A stretch of DNA of 64,000 nucleotides. Origin: Acidimicrobiia bacterium. Lineage in GTDB: Bacteria > Actinomycetota > Acidimicrobiia > IMCC26256 > JACDBD01. How positions within the stretch are numbered: position 1 is the first letter of the stretch; each line of letters starts with the position of its first letter. The stretch spans positions 25,667-89,666 of the forward strand of contig JBOGFI010000072.1 of NCBI GenBank assembly GCA_050743365.1, given 5' to 3'. A program made the translations under genes and the position numbers. Positions 28,186 to 37,870 of the stretch are shown here, piece after piece. A model generated the notes under the pieces. That model saw only the letters and a list, made by a program, of their open reading frames with translations. It did no database searches and was not told the origin of the DNA.

Positions 28186-28742
28186 GTGGCGCCGGCCCGC
28201 AGATCCTCCTCGTATGCACGGCCAACATCTGCCGGTCGCCCATGGCGGAGGCGTTGCTCCGGCACCGACTCGATCAGCGCGGCCTCTCGATCGAGATCGT
28301 CTCGGCCGGGCTCCTCGAGGACGGCCTCCCGGTGAGCGATGGCACGCTGCGGGCGCTCGAGAGCCGGGGAATCGACGTCAGCGCGCACCAGAGTCGCCGG
28401 CTCGACGCCGACCTCGTCGCTTCGGCGGCGCTGGTCATCGGGATGGAGCGCCGCCACGTGCAGGAGGCCGTGCTCCTGGCGCGCGATGCCTGGCCCCGGT
28501 CGTTCACGCTCAAGGAGCTCGTGCGGCGAGGCGAGTCCATCGGGCCGCGCGGCGACGAGCCGTTCGAGTCGTGGCTGGCGCGGGTGCACGAGGGGCGCTC
28601 CACGGCCGACCTCCTCGGAACCGCGGAGGAGGACGACGTGGCCGACCCGTACGGCCTGGCCGACCGGGTTCATCGCCGCACGGCCAAGGAGCTCGACGAT
28701 CTCGTGACCCGGCTGGCCTCTCTGCTCTGGGGTGATCCTTGA
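28182..28742 (+). CDS. Low-molecular-weight protein-tyrosine phosphatase (Wzb-like)
   Basis: GTGA overlap at 28182-28185. The P-loop LLVCTANICRSPMAEAL matches CX5R(S/T), and a C-terminal DP motif (VADPYG) is present. Confidence 0.9.
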   Translation: MSGAGPQILLVCTANICRSPMAEALLRHRLDQRGLSIEIVSAGLLEDGLPVSDGTLRALESRGIDVSAHQSRRLDADLVASAALVIGMERRHVQEAVLLARDAWPRSFTLKELVRRGESIGPRGDEPFESWLARVHEGRSTADLLGTAEEDDVADPYGLADRVHRRTAKELDDLVTRLASLLWGDP

Positions 28743-29665
28743 ACGCCCTCGTGACCGGCGGCGCCGGGTTCATCGGCTCGCACCTCGTCGACGCGTTGGC
28801 CGAGGACGGGCATTCGGTGCGCGTGCTCGACGACCTCTTCTCGGGTTTCGAGGAGAACGTCCATCCCCGAGCCGAGCTCGCCATCGCCACCGTGGCCGAC
28901 GCCGACGCGGTGCGCGCCGCCGTGGAGGGTGTGGAGGTGGTGTTCCACCAGGCCGCGCACCGGGCCGTGCTGCGATCGGTGGAGGACCCGCTCACGACCG
29001 ACACGGCGAACGTCCACGGCACGCTCACCGTCCTGAAGGCGGCGGCGGACGCGGGGGTACGGCGCGTGGTATACGCGTCGTCCAGCAGCGTCTACGGCGG
29101 CGCCGAGCGGCTCCCCACGCCCGAGTCGGTTCCCACCGTGCCGCGGTCGCCCTACGCGGTGAGCAAGCTCACCGGTGAGCACTACTGCCGGGTACTCAGC
29201 GAGCTCCACGGGCTGGAGACGATCTCTCTGCGCTACTTCAACGTGTACGGCCCGCGCCAACGCCCCGACTCGGCCTACGCGGCGGTGATCCCGCTCTTCA
29301 TCGACGCGCTGCGCCGGGGTGAGCCGCCGACTGTCCACGGCGACGGCCGGCAGAGCCGCGACTTCACCTACGTGAGCGATGTCGTCGCCGCCAACCTGGC
29401 GGCGGCGGGCGCGCCCGGCGAGGCGAGCCGTGGTGGCGCCTACAACATCGCGGGAGGCACCGCCCACTCGCTGCTCGACCTGCTCGAGGTGCTCGGCCGG
29501 ATCCTCGGGGTGGAGCCGGCCCCGGTGCACACCGACCCCCGGCCCGGCGACGTACGCCACACGCGCGCCGACTCCTCGGCCGCGCGGCGGGACTTCGGCT
29601 TCGAATGTCAGGTCGACTTCGAGGACGGGCTCCGCCGGACCGCGGAGTGGTTCGCGTCCCGCTGA
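28739..29665 (+). CDS. NAD-dependent nucleotide-sugar 4-epimerase (WbpP/TviC-like SDR)
   Basis: TTGA overlap at 28739-28742. Motifs are VTGGAGFIGSHLV, ASSSSVYG and YAVSKLTGE. Confidence 0.9.
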   Translation: MNALVTGGAGFIGSHLVDALAEDGHSVRVLDDLFSGFEENVHPRAELAIATVADADAVRAAVEGVEVVFHQAAHRAVLRSVEDPLTTDTANVHGTLTVLKAAADAGVRRVVYASSSSVYGGAERLPTPESVPTVPRSPYAVSKLTGEHYCRVLSELHGLETISLRYFNVYGPRQRPDSAYAAVIPLFIDALRRGEPPTVHGDGRQSRDFTYVSDVVAANLAAAGAPGEASRGGAYNIAGGTAHSLLDLLEVLGRILGVEPAPVHTDPRPGDVRHTRADSSAARRDFGFECQVDFEDGLRRTAEWFASR

Positions 29666-29692
29666 GGCCTCTCGGTCAGCCAGCTGCCGGGC

Positions 29693-30361
29693 TCAGCGTA
29701 GGGCCCGCTCGGGGGACGGCTCCTCGGCGTCGAACGACGCCTGCCGAACCCCGCGAAGAGCACGGATGAGCGTGCTGCCGACCCAGGCGACGACCGCCGC
29801 CACCAGAAGCGTGCCGATGTCGGCCAGCGCAGCCGCGTAGCGGAAGATGTCGGCGTCCCCAGCGAACTCGGAGCTGACGTATCGGACCGCCCCGATGGCG
29901 GCGAGAACGAAGGCGAGGAAGAGCACGACCGCGGCGCGCTGCAAGACGTGGGCCATGACCTCCGACCTCATTCTCGCCTCGTGGCGCAGCTCGCGCAGTG
30001 AGGGCGGCAGTGGCCCGTCGCCGTAGCCATCGGCGACGGGGACGACCCCCGACTTCGCCCACTCGTCGAAGTCGAGGCGCACGAGCCGTTCCTCGTCGGG
30101 GGGGGAGTCGTCGGCCCCCTCATCGACTCCGGCGGACGGGGACGTCGCCGCGGGCTGCTGGCGTACGAGCTCGACGGCCACCGGCCGCTCCGAGTGACGA
30201 GCGGCGATGCGAGTGACCTGGAGCGCGAGGCCGGGGCCCACGGCGGCGAGCGGCTCCTCGACGTGCACCTGCACGAAGAGCAGGTCGTCGCGCTCGGTGA
30301 ACCCGGTCGAACGGACTCCGGGCAGCTTCCGCAGCTCCAGCTCGAGCTGGTCCAGGTTCAC
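29693..30361 (-). CDS. Hypothetical membrane protein (soluble N-terminal domain, acidic linker, 2 C-terminal TM segments)
   Basis: In-frame GTG at 30361 (VNLDQLELELRKLPGVRSTGF) is preceded by GGAAGGGGGG and lies 22 nt after the stop of the upstream GGDEF gene. No family was recognised. Confidence 0.5.
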   Translation of the reverse strand: MNLDQLELELRKLPGVRSTGFTERDDLLFVQVHVEEPLAAVGPGLALQVTRIAARHSERPVAVELVRQQPAATSPSAGVDEGADDSPPDEERLVRLDFDEWAKSGVVPVADGYGDGPLPPSLRELRHEARMRSEVMAHVLQRAAVVLFLAFVLAAIGAVRYVSSEFAGDADIFRYAAALADIGTLLVAAVVAWVGSTLIRALRGVRQASFDAEEPSPERALR

Positions 30362-30383
30362 GGTCAGGCCCCCCTTCCGAGGC

Positions 30384-31166
30384 TCAGCACCCGTCACTAC
30401 GATCCGTTCGACGGCCCTTCGCCTCGTACAACCGCTGATCCGCCAGGCGGAACAGTGCTCCCAGCTCGTCGGCTTCCCGCGGACACAAAGCGTGACCATA
30501 CGAGAATGCGAGGCCCGTGTCACGCTCGGGAGCTCCGGCTTCCCGGACCCGGGCCAGGATCCCGGGCACGTTGGTGGCGCTCGTGTCCGGCAGGATCAGC
30601 CCGAACTCGTCGCCGCCGATGCGGGCGGCATCATCGCCGTAGCGGAGCACGTGCCCGAGACGGTCCGCCAGCGCCCGCAGCGCGGCGTCGCCGGCGGCGT
30701 GCCCGTCGCGGTCGTTGAGCGCCTTGAGCCCGTCGACGTCGAGGATCACGAGCGTGAACTGCCACCCATACCGGCAGCTGCGCGCGATGGCGTTCTCGAG
30801 CAGGCGGTCGAAGCTGCGCCGGTCGTAGAGCCCGGTCAGCGGGTCGTGCCCGGCCTCGTAGCGGAGGAGATCGAGGCGGAGCGCCAGCACGGCGAGGTTC
30901 GTGATCAGATGCCCGTCGAAAGAGCTCGAATCCAGCGGCGGATCGGTGTAGAAGCCGGTACCCGCCAGCCTGAGGCGGCCCTCGTCGTCCCTCGGATGGC
31001 GTCCGGCGCGAAACACCTGCCGGCCGAGCCCGGCCTCGTCGACGACCACGGCCGCGTCCCTGAGCCCGAAGTGCCTCACGACGGCGTCGAGCGCGCGGTA
31101 GATGAGCCCGATGCCAGACTCACTCGTCGCGAGCTTGGCGACGAGGTCGGATCCGAAGTCAGCCAT
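30384..31166 (-). CDS. Cytoplasmic diguanylate cyclase (GGDEF) with a short N-terminal sensor-like region
   Basis: The real start is ATG at 31166 (MADFGSDLVAKL); the rest of the 797-aa track ORF is antisense to argS. Motifs are DPLTGLYDRRSF and LRYGDDAARIGGDEF, giving an intact GGDEF with RxxD 5 residues upstream. Confidence 0.85.
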   Translation of the reverse strand: MADFGSDLVAKLATSESGIGLIYRALDAVVRHFGLRDAAVVVDEAGLGRQVFRAGRHPRDDEGRLRLAGTGFYTDPPLDSSSFDGHLITNLAVLALRLDLLRYEAGHDPLTGLYDRRSFDRLLENAIARSCRYGWQFTLVILDVDGLKALNDRDGHAAGDAALRALADRLGHVLRYGDDAARIGGDEFGLILPDTSATNVPGILARVREAGAPERDTGLAFSYGHALCPREADELGALFRLADQRLYEAKGRRTDRSDGC

Positions 31167-31295
31167 GACCGTGATGGCCCCTGTGTAGCGCCCGCTCCCC
31201 GGCCCGCAGGCTAGCGGAAGCACCGCTCGAATCGGCCCCGCGCCGAGCGGACTCGGCGGTACGATGCCGCGCGCGCCGGCGGCGCGCCCACGCCC

Positions 31296-32948
31296 GTGAT
31301 CCGCGACGAGATCCTTCACTCCGTGCGCGCCGCGCTCGCGGCAGCCGGTTTCCCCGAGCCGGCCGGCGGCATCGCGCTCGAAGCACCCAATGAGCGCGAG
31401 CACGGCGATTGGTCCACAAACGTCGCCCTGCAACTCGCGAAGTCCGTTCGGCAGCCACCGCGCGCGGTCGCGGACACGCTTTCCGCGGTGATCGAGGCCG
31501 ACCCTCCTGCCCATCTGGCGCGCCTCGAGATCGCGGGCCCGGGGTTCCTCAACTTCCATCTCGCCCCGACCTGGTTGCACGGCGTGCTGCGCGACGTCGC
31601 CGCCGCCGGCGAGGGCTACGGGCGGGCCAAGCCGCTCGACGGAGCCCGCATCAACCTCGAGTTCGTGTCGGCGAATCCCACCGGGCCGCTCCACGCGGGA
31701 GGCGGGCGGTGGGTCGCGGTGGGCGACGCCATCGCCAACCTGCTCGCGGCCCAGGGCGCCACCGTGCACCGCGAGTACTACCTCAACGACGCCGGCAACC
31801 AGCTCGAGAGCTTCGGCCGCTCGCTGTACGCGCGGTACCTCGGCAAGGAGCCGCCCGACGACGGGTACCGGGGGGAGTACCTGGTCGAGATGGCGGGCCG
31901 GCTGCGTGCCGAGCGCGGCGATGGCGCGACCGAGGACGAGGCGCGCGAATGGGGGTACCGGGACGCGGTCCGCCAGCTCGAGGAGGACCTGGGCCGCATC
32001 GGGGTGCGCTTCGACACCTGGTTCTCGGAGCGGGCCCTCCACGAGCGCGGCGAGGTCGCCGACGTCCTGAGGCTCCTCGGCGAGCGGGGGCACACGTACG
32101 AGCGCGACGGCGCCACCTGGCTCCGTAGCACGGAGTTCGGCGACCAGCGCGACCGGGTGCTCGTCAAGGGTGACGGCGCCACGACGTACCTGGCCAACGA
32201 TCTCGCCTACCACCGCGACAAGTTCGTGCGGGGGTGGGACCACCTCATCGACATCTGGGGCGCCGATCACCACGGGCAGGTCAAGTCGCTCCAAGCGGGC
32301 ATGGAGGCGCTCGGCTTCCCGCCGGGCGAGCCCGAGATCGTCCTCGGCCAGCTGGTCAAGCTCGAGCGGGGTGGCGTACCGGTGCGGCTGTCCAAGCGCG
32401 CCGGCGACGTCGTCACCCTCGCCGACATCCTCGACGAGGTCGACCCCGATGCGTGCCGGCTCACCTTCCTGCTCCAGAGCATCGATACTGCCCAGACCTT
32501 CGATCTCGACGTCGTGACCGCGCAGTCGATGGAGAATCCCGTCTACTACGTGCAGTACGCCCACGCCCGCATCGCGTCGATCGGGCGCAAGGCGTACGAG
32601 CGGGGCGTCGAGCGCCGCCCGCTCGACGAGGTGGACCTGGCGCCGCTGGCCGGTGAACGCGAGCTCGACCTGCTGCGGGCGTTGGCCGTGTACCCCGACG
32701 AAGTGGCGGAGGCGGCCCGGCGCCGCGCCCCGCACCGTGTCACCACCTGGGTACGCGACTTCGCCGGCCGCTTCCACGGCTTCTACCGCGACTGCCGGGT
32801 GCTCACCGACGACATCGCGCTGACCCAGGCCCGCCTGTGGCTGATCGAGGCGTGCCGCATCGGCCTGGCCGACGCCCTCGGGCTGCTGGGCGTGCGCGCC
32901 CCCGACGAGATGGCCCGCCTGGACGACGAGGAGCCGGGACAGCCGTGA
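31296..32948 (+). CDS. argS: Arginine--tRNA ligase
   Basis: 550 aa. The N-terminal region is MIRDEILHSVRAAL, and the HIGH-type region is SANPTGPLHAGGGR. The DALR anticodon-binding tail is ...YYVQYAHARIASI. Confidence 0.95.
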   Translation: MIRDEILHSVRAALAAAGFPEPAGGIALEAPNEREHGDWSTNVALQLAKSVRQPPRAVADTLSAVIEADPPAHLARLEIAGPGFLNFHLAPTWLHGVLRDVAAAGEGYGRAKPLDGARINLEFVSANPTGPLHAGGGRWVAVGDAIANLLAAQGATVHREYYLNDAGNQLESFGRSLYARYLGKEPPDDGYRGEYLVEMAGRLRAERGDGATEDEAREWGYRDAVRQLEEDLGRIGVRFDTWFSERALHERGEVADVLRLLGERGHTYERDGATWLRSTEFGDQRDRVLVKGDGATTYLANDLAYHRDKFVRGWDHLIDIWGADHHGQVKSLQAGMEALGFPPGEPEIVLGQLVKLERGGVPVRLSKRAGDVVTLADILDEVDPDACRLTFLLQSIDTAQTFDLDVVTAQSMENPVYYVQYAHARIASIGRKAYERGVERRPLDEVDLAPLAGERELDLLRALAVYPDEVAEAARRRAPHRVTTWVRDFAGRFHGFYRDCRVLTDDIALTQARLWLIEACRIGLADALGLLGVRAPDEMARLDDEEPGQP

Positions 32949-34225
32949 GCGAGCCGTTCGACCGCGCGCTCGTGCCGCCCGGCGTGCTCGAGCTCGACCT
33001 CGAGGCGTTGACGCGGGAGTTCGGCACGCCGCTGTTCGTCTACGACGAGGACGACCTACGCCGGCGGTGCCGGGAGTACCTGGAGCACTTCGGCGACGAC
33101 AACGTCGCGTATGCCGGCAAGGCGTTCCTCTGCACGGCCATGGCGCGCCTCGTCGGCGAAGAGGGTCTGCACCTCGACGTGGCGACCGGTGGTGAGCTGC
33201 ACGTCGCCCTGGGCGCCGGCTTCCCTGCCGAGCGGGTGGTGTTCCACGGCAACAATAAGTCGGTCGGGGAGCTCGAGTCGGCCCTCGCCGGCGGGGTGGG
33301 CCGTATCGTCGTCGACTCCTTCGACGAGCTCGACCGGCTCGAGCGGATCGTCACCGCCCGGGACGTGTCGCCGCGGGTGCTGGTGCGGGTGACGCCGGGC
33401 GTCGAGGCGCACACGCATGTCTTCATCGAGACGGGCACGGAGGAGTCGAAGTTCGGGTTCACCGTCACCGACGGTGTCGCCCGCGTCGCGGCGACCCGGG
33501 TGGCCGAGAGCCCGAGGCTGCGGTTCGCGGGCCTGCATTGCCACATCGGCTCGCAGATCTTCGTCCTCGAGTCGTACCGCCGCGCCACCGAGATCCTGGC
33601 CGGCCTCGCCCGGGAGCTGGAGGCCGGCGGGCATCTCGTCGAGGAGCTCAATCTCGGTGGCGGCCTCGGGGTGCGCTACCTGCTCGACGACCCCGTCCGC
33701 GAGGTCGCCGACTACGCCAAGACGCTGCGGACCGCCTTCGACGAGGCGTGCTCGGGCGCGCGGCTGACGGCGGCGCCCCGCCTGATGGTCGAGCCCGGCC
33801 GCTCGATCGCGGCGCCCGCCGCGATCACGCTGTACCGGGTCGGGACCGTGAAGGAGATCCCCGGCGGGCGGACCTACGTCGCGGTCGACGGCGGCATGAG
33901 CGACAACCCGCGCCCGGTGCTGTACGGCGCCGGCTATGAGGCGTACCTGCCCGCCCGCATCGACGAGCCCCGCCCGGTGGTGGCGTCGATCGCAGGGAAG
34001 CACTGCGAGCAGGGCGATCTGCTCGTGACGGATGCCCACCTCCCGGCCGGCGTCGAGGTGGGGGACCTCCTCGCCGTGCCCGTGACCGGCGCGTACGGCT
34101 ACTCGATGGCGTCCAACTACAACAAGGTGCCTCGCCCGGCGGTGGTGTTCGTACGGGGTGGCGAGGCTCGCCTGGTGATCCGGCGCGAGACGCCCGACGA
34201 TCTCGTCCGCCTGGATGAGCCCTAG
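32945..34225 (+). CDS. lysA: Diaminopimelate decarboxylase
   Basis: GTGA overlap with argS. Motifs are GTPLFVYDEDDLR, the PLP-Lys region YAGKAF, HCHIGSQ and EPGRSI. Confidence 0.95.
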   Translation: MSEPFDRALVPPGVLELDLEALTREFGTPLFVYDEDDLRRRCREYLEHFGDDNVAYAGKAFLCTAMARLVGEEGLHLDVATGGELHVALGAGFPAERVVFHGNNKSVGELESALAGGVGRIVVDSFDELDRLERIVTARDVSPRVLVRVTPGVEAHTHVFIETGTEESKFGFTVTDGVARVAATRVAESPRLRFAGLHCHIGSQIFVLESYRRATEILAGLARELEAGGHLVEELNLGGGLGVRYLLDDPVREVADYAKTLRTAFDEACSGARLTAAPRLMVEPGRSIAAPAAITLYRVGTVKEIPGGRTYVAVDGGMSDNPRPVLYGAGYEAYLPARIDEPRPVVASIAGKHCEQGDLLVTDAHLPAGVEVGDLLAVPVTGAYGYSMASNYNKVPRPAVVFVRGGEARLVIRRETPDDLVRLDEP

Positions 34226-34242
34226 TTCGCGAGACTGACCCT

Positions 34243-35547
34243 GTGACCGACCGCCTGCGCGATGAAGCCGTGAAGGTGGGACTGCTCGGGTGCGGGCACG
34301 TGGGCTCGGCGCTGGTGCGCCTGATCGACGAGCATGCCGACGTCATCGAGAGCCGCGCCGGCGTGCGGGTCGAGGTCACGCGGGTGGCGGTGCGCAACCT
34401 CGCGCTCGAGCGCGATGTCCCGCTGCCGGCGAGCATCTTCACCCACTCCGCCTCCGACGTCGTCGGCGACCCCGAGATCGACGTCGTGGTGGAGGTGATC
34501 GGCGGGATCGAGCCCGCCCGCTCGCTGGTCACGGAGGCGTTGAAGTCGGGCAAGCCGGTGGTGACCGCCAACAAGGAGCTCCTCGCCAACGTGGCCAAGG
34601 AGCTGTTCGAGACGGCCGAGACCGCGGGCGTCGACCTCCTGTTCGAGGCGTCGGTAGGCGGCGGGATCCCCCTCATCCGGCCGTTGCGCGAGTCGCTCGC
34701 CGGGGATCGGATCCGGCGGGTGATGGGCATCGTGAACGGGACGACCAACTACATCCTCACCCGCATGACCGAGGAGGGCTCGTCGTTCCAGGAAGCGCTG
34801 GCCGAGGCGCAGACGCTGGGCTACGCCGAGCGTGACCCGACGGCCGACGTCGAGGGGTTCGACGCTGCCGCGAAGGCCGCGATCATGGCGTCGATCGCCT
34901 TCGGCGCCCGGGTCGTGGCCGGCGACGTGTACCGCGAAGGCATCACCGCGGTCACCGACGACGACATCGCGTCCGCGCACGAGCTCGGGTACGTCGTGAA
35001 GCTGCTGGCGGTCGTCGAGGAAGCCGACGGCGAGATCGCGGCGCGGGTGCACCCGGCCATGGTGCCGGTGCACCACCCGCTGGCCTCCGTGCGCGAGTCG
35101 TTCAACGCCCTGTTCATCGAGGGCGACGCCGTCGGCGAGCTGATGCTCTACGGCCGTGGCGCCGGCGGCAGCCCGACGGCGTCGGCGGTGCTCGGCGACC
35201 TGATCGACGCGTCCAAGAACCTGGTCTCGGCCGGCCGGGGCGCCACGATCGGCCCGCTCGCCCGCCGCCCGATCCGGCCCATCGACGCGGTCGAGTCGCA
35301 GTTCTACCTGCTCATGGAGGTGGCGGACCGTCCCGGGGTGCTCGCCGCCATCGCGTCCGAGTTCGGGCGCCACGGCGTCTCGATCAAGTCGATGCAGCAG
35401 AAGGGCATCGGCGATGACGCCCGCCTCATCTTCGTTACGCACAAAGCGCGCGAAGCGGCGCTGCGCGCCACGGTGCACGCCCTGCGCGACGTCGAGCCGG
35501 TGCACCGGGTGGGGTCGGTCGTGAGGGTCATAGGCGACGAGCCGTGA
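34243..35547 (+). CDS. hom: Homoserine dehydrogenase
   Basis: Motifs are [20 protein letters not shown] and [10 protein letters not shown]-terminal ACT-like domain is present. Confidence 0.95.
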   Translation: MTDRLRDEAVKVGLLGCGHVGSALVRLIDEHADVIESRAGVRVEVTRVAVRNLALERDVPLPASIFTHSASDVVGDPEIDVVVEVIGGIEPARSLVTEALKSGKPVVTANKELLANVAKELFETAETAGVDLLFEASVGGGIPLIRPLRESLAGDRIRRVMGIVNGTTNYILTRMTEEGSSFQEALAEAQTLGYAERDPTADVEGFDAAAKAAIMASIAFGARVVAGDVYREGITAVTDDDIASAHELGYVVKLLAVVEEADGEIAARVHPAMVPVHHPLASVRESFNALFIEGDAVGELMLYGRGAGGSPTASAVLGDLIDASKNLVSAGRGATIGPLARRPIRPIDAVESQFYLLMEVADRPGVLAAIASEFGRHGVSIKSMQQKGIGDDARLIFVTHKAREAALRATVHALRDVEPVHRVGSVVRVIGDEP

Positions 35548-36593
35548 CCTGGGCGGGAGTGATCGAGGAGTACCGCGAGCTGCTGCCGGTCACCGACGCC
35601 ACCCCGATCGTGACGCTGCTCGAGGGCGGGACCCCGCTGGTCGAGGCGCCGCGCTTGTCGGAGCGCACCGGTGTTCGGGTGCTGTTGAAGGTCGAGGGCG
35701 CCAACCCGACGGGCTCGTTCAAGGACCGGGGCATGACGGTGGCGATCTCGAAGGCGCTCGAGGAACGGTTCAAGGCCGTGATCTGCGCGTCCACGGGCAA
35801 CACCTCGGCGTCGGCGGCCGCGTACGCGGCCCGGGCCGGGCTCTCCTGCGGGGTGGTCATCCCCGAGGGACAGATCGCGCTGGGCAAGCTCGCCCAGGCG
35901 CTGATCCACGGCGCGCGCGTCGTACCCGTGCGAGGCAACTTCGACGCCGCCCTGGGTGTGGTCCGAGCGCTGGGCGCCACGGGCGAGGTCTCGGTCGTCA
36001 ACTCGATCAACCCGCACCGCATCGAGGGGCAGAAGACGGCCGCCTTCGAGATCGTCGACGTGCTCGGCGATTCGCCCGACGCGCACTGCGTCCCGGTCGG
36101 CAACGCCGGCAACATCACCGCCTACTGGAGTGGGTACCGCGAATACGCCGCGCTCGGACGAGCCCGCTCGACGCCACGCATGCTCGGGTGGCAGGCGGCC
36201 GGGGCTGCCCCGCTGGTGTTGGGCGAGCCAGTGCCGTATCCCGAGACGGTCGCGACCGCGATCCAGATCGGGAACCCGGCGTCGTGGGAGGGGGCGGTCG
36301 CGGCCCGCGACGAGTCCGGCGGCCACATCGGGGCGGTGACCGACACCGAGATCCTCGACGCCTACCGCCTCCTGGCCACCCTCGAGGGCTACTTCGTCGA
36401 GCCGGCCTCGGCCGCCTCGGTTGCGGGTCTCCTGCGGGCGGTCGAACGCGGGCTGATCGAGCCGCTCGAGACAGTGGTGTGCCTGCTGACCGGCCACGGG
36501 CTCAAGGATCCCGAGCGCGCGATCGCCGAGGTCGAATTGGGGGCGACGGTCGAGCCGACCGCCGAGGCGGTGGCTGCGGAGCTGGGGCTGTAA
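35544..36593 (+). CDS. thrC: Threonine synthase
   Basis: GTGA overlap with hom. The motif [10 protein letters not shown] carries the PLP lysine, and STGNTSAS is present. Confidence 0.95.
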   Translation: MTWAGVIEEYRELLPVTDATPIVTLLEGGTPLVEAPRLSERTGVRVLLKVEGANPTGSFKDRGMTVAISKALEERFKAVICASTGNTSASAAAYAARAGLSCGVVIPEGQIALGKLAQALIHGARVVPVRGNFDAALGVVRALGATGEVSVVNSINPHRIEGQKTAAFEIVDVLGDSPDAHCVPVGNAGNITAYWSGYREYAALGRARSTPRMLGWQAAGAAPLVLGEPVPYPETVATAIQIGNPASWEGAVAARDESGGHIGAVTDTEILDAYRLLATLEGYFVEPASAASVAGLLRAVERGLIEPLETVVCLLTGHGLKDPERAIAEVELGATVEPTAEAVAAELGL

Positions 36594-36624
36594 AGCCTCT
36601 CTCAGACGCGGTCCGCGGCCTAGT

Positions 36625-37551
36625 TCACCACTCGACGTCGGGGTAGAAGTGGCGGGCGAGTTCCGTCGTGCCTTCCTGCACTCGGCCGACCTCGTCGTCG
36701 GTGAGGCGTGACCGCCAGGCCTCGATGTTCCCCGCCGAGTCACGCTGAATTTGGTAGGGGTCGCCTTCGGGAGCCTCCGTGGGGTTGTCGGCGCTGCTGT
36801 GCTTCCGGATGACTGCTTCGGCCGCCGGCGTCATCTCCACATCAAGTGCCCGATACATGGCGCGAAAGCCCTCGATGGGGGCGGCGGACAGGTCTTCGTG
36901 CCGGATGAACTGCCAGTCGGGCCGACGTTGCTGGGTGACTCGGATCACCTCGTGGGTGACGACCCACGCCAGGACAGCGCCGTCGAAGGGGTCGTGCGGG
37001 CCGCGTAGCGCCTCGAGTCGCTCGCGATGCTGCTGCAGGTACACCTTCACGAGCTCCGGCTGGTCGAGGAACTTACCGAAGTCGTGAGTCCAGCCCACTC
37101 GCATGATGCTGGAGACGAAGGCCGCAGGGTGGCGAATCATGATCACGACCTGCATTCCGAACGTGTCAGCAAGCCATTCCGCCGAGAACAGCGCGATGGG
37201 ATCCTTCATCAGCGGGCGCAGGCCCGCGCGCCGTGCCTGCGACGCGCGACGGCCGGCAGCGACCACTTGCCGGACCTGTTTTCGGGTCCGGCAGGTCCGC
37301 AACTCCTTGTCGATCCGGTAGCGCAACTGGAGGGTGCGCTCAATCGGTGTCTTGAAGCTCGCCTCATTCGCCGGGTGGACGAACGTGAACCCACGGAAGG
37401 GAGCATCACAGAATCCCGGCCGGGGGATCTCTGGGTTGAAGGGCTCGTGGAGATAGGCGAACGATCCCGAAGCCTCGAGCATCCGACCCACCCAGGTCGT
37501 ACCGGACCGGTGCGACCCGGACACGAGCACAGGACTCGCCACCGTAGCCAT
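36625..37551 (-). CDS. Sulfotransferase family protein
   Basis: The N-terminal PAPS 5'-phosphosulfate loop is VLVSGSHRSGTTWVG. The 3'-phosphate region is IMIRHPAAFVSS. The gene is convergent with thrC. Confidence 0.8.
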   Translation of the reverse strand: MATVASPVLVSGSHRSGTTWVGRMLEASGSFAYLHEPFNPEIPRPGFCDAPFRGFTFVHPANEASFKTPIERTLQLRYRIDKELRTCRTRKQVRQVVAAGRRASQARRAGLRPLMKDPIALFSAEWLADTFGMQVVIMIRHPAAFVSSIMRVGWTHDFGKFLDQPELVKVYLQQHRERLEALRGPHDPFDGAVLAWVVTHEVIRVTQQRRPDWQFIRHEDLSAAPIEGFRAMYRALDVEMTPAAEAVIRKHSSADNPTEAPEGDPYQIQRDSAGNIEAWRSRLTDDEVGRVQEGTTELARHFYPDVEW

Positions 37552-37671
37552 CGTGCTCCCCCCGACTCACCGTTACCCTAGTGACAAGGCCGCGGCCCGC
37601 CGGAGCGCCATCGACGACGTCATCGAGAGCGGTTCGCGGTAGCGATGCCACGCAGCGCGCGCGCGCCCGCT

Positions 37672-37700
37672 TTGTGGATTACGGCGGCGAGTGTTAGTTT
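37672..37700 (+). promoter_or_regulatory. Candidate sigma-70-type promoter (TTGTGG - 17 nt - TAGTTT) for the rfbF operon
   Basis: Read directly from the sequence. It is the only AT-richer patch in the 315-bp intergenic region upstream of rfbF. Confidence 0.35.
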
Positions 37701-37741
37701 GCCTGGCCTTCGCGGGTAAGGGACGACGCCGGGGAGACGTG

Positions 37742-37870
37742 ATGGCCCAACGACTAGCCTTCGCGCGCAGCGTGGTCGTGGAAGGCGTCGCCGCCCACGA
37801 CGATCCCCGTCGGCGCGCGTGTCGCGAGGAGTTCATCGCATCGACAGCTGACGTCCGTGGAGGCGCGTGA
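37742..37870 (+). CDS. Possible upstream small ORF (42 aa) translationally coupled to rfbF
   Basis: ATG at 37742 lies 5 nt after GGGGAG. Own translation: MAQRLAFARSVVVEGVAAHDDPRRRACREEFIASTADVRGGA. Its stop overlaps the rfbF start (TGATG). GC3 is only moderate (about 30 of 42 codons end in G or C), so coding status is uncertain. Confidence 0.25.
   Translation: MAQRLAFARSVVVEGVAAHDDPRRRACREEFIASTADVRGGA

Noticed and set aside
31167-32777. N-terminal 537 codons of the 797-aa track ORF 30384..32777
   Set aside because: This part lies antisense to argS and has no domain features. The GGDEF protein starts convincingly at ATG 31166.
36594-36624. Intrinsic terminator between the convergent thrC and sulfotransferase genes
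   Set aside because: Only a very short GCGG-T-CCGC palindrome is present, with no U-tract. This is insufficient to call. The same holds for the other convergent junctions (18643-18708, and 49677-49683, which overlap).
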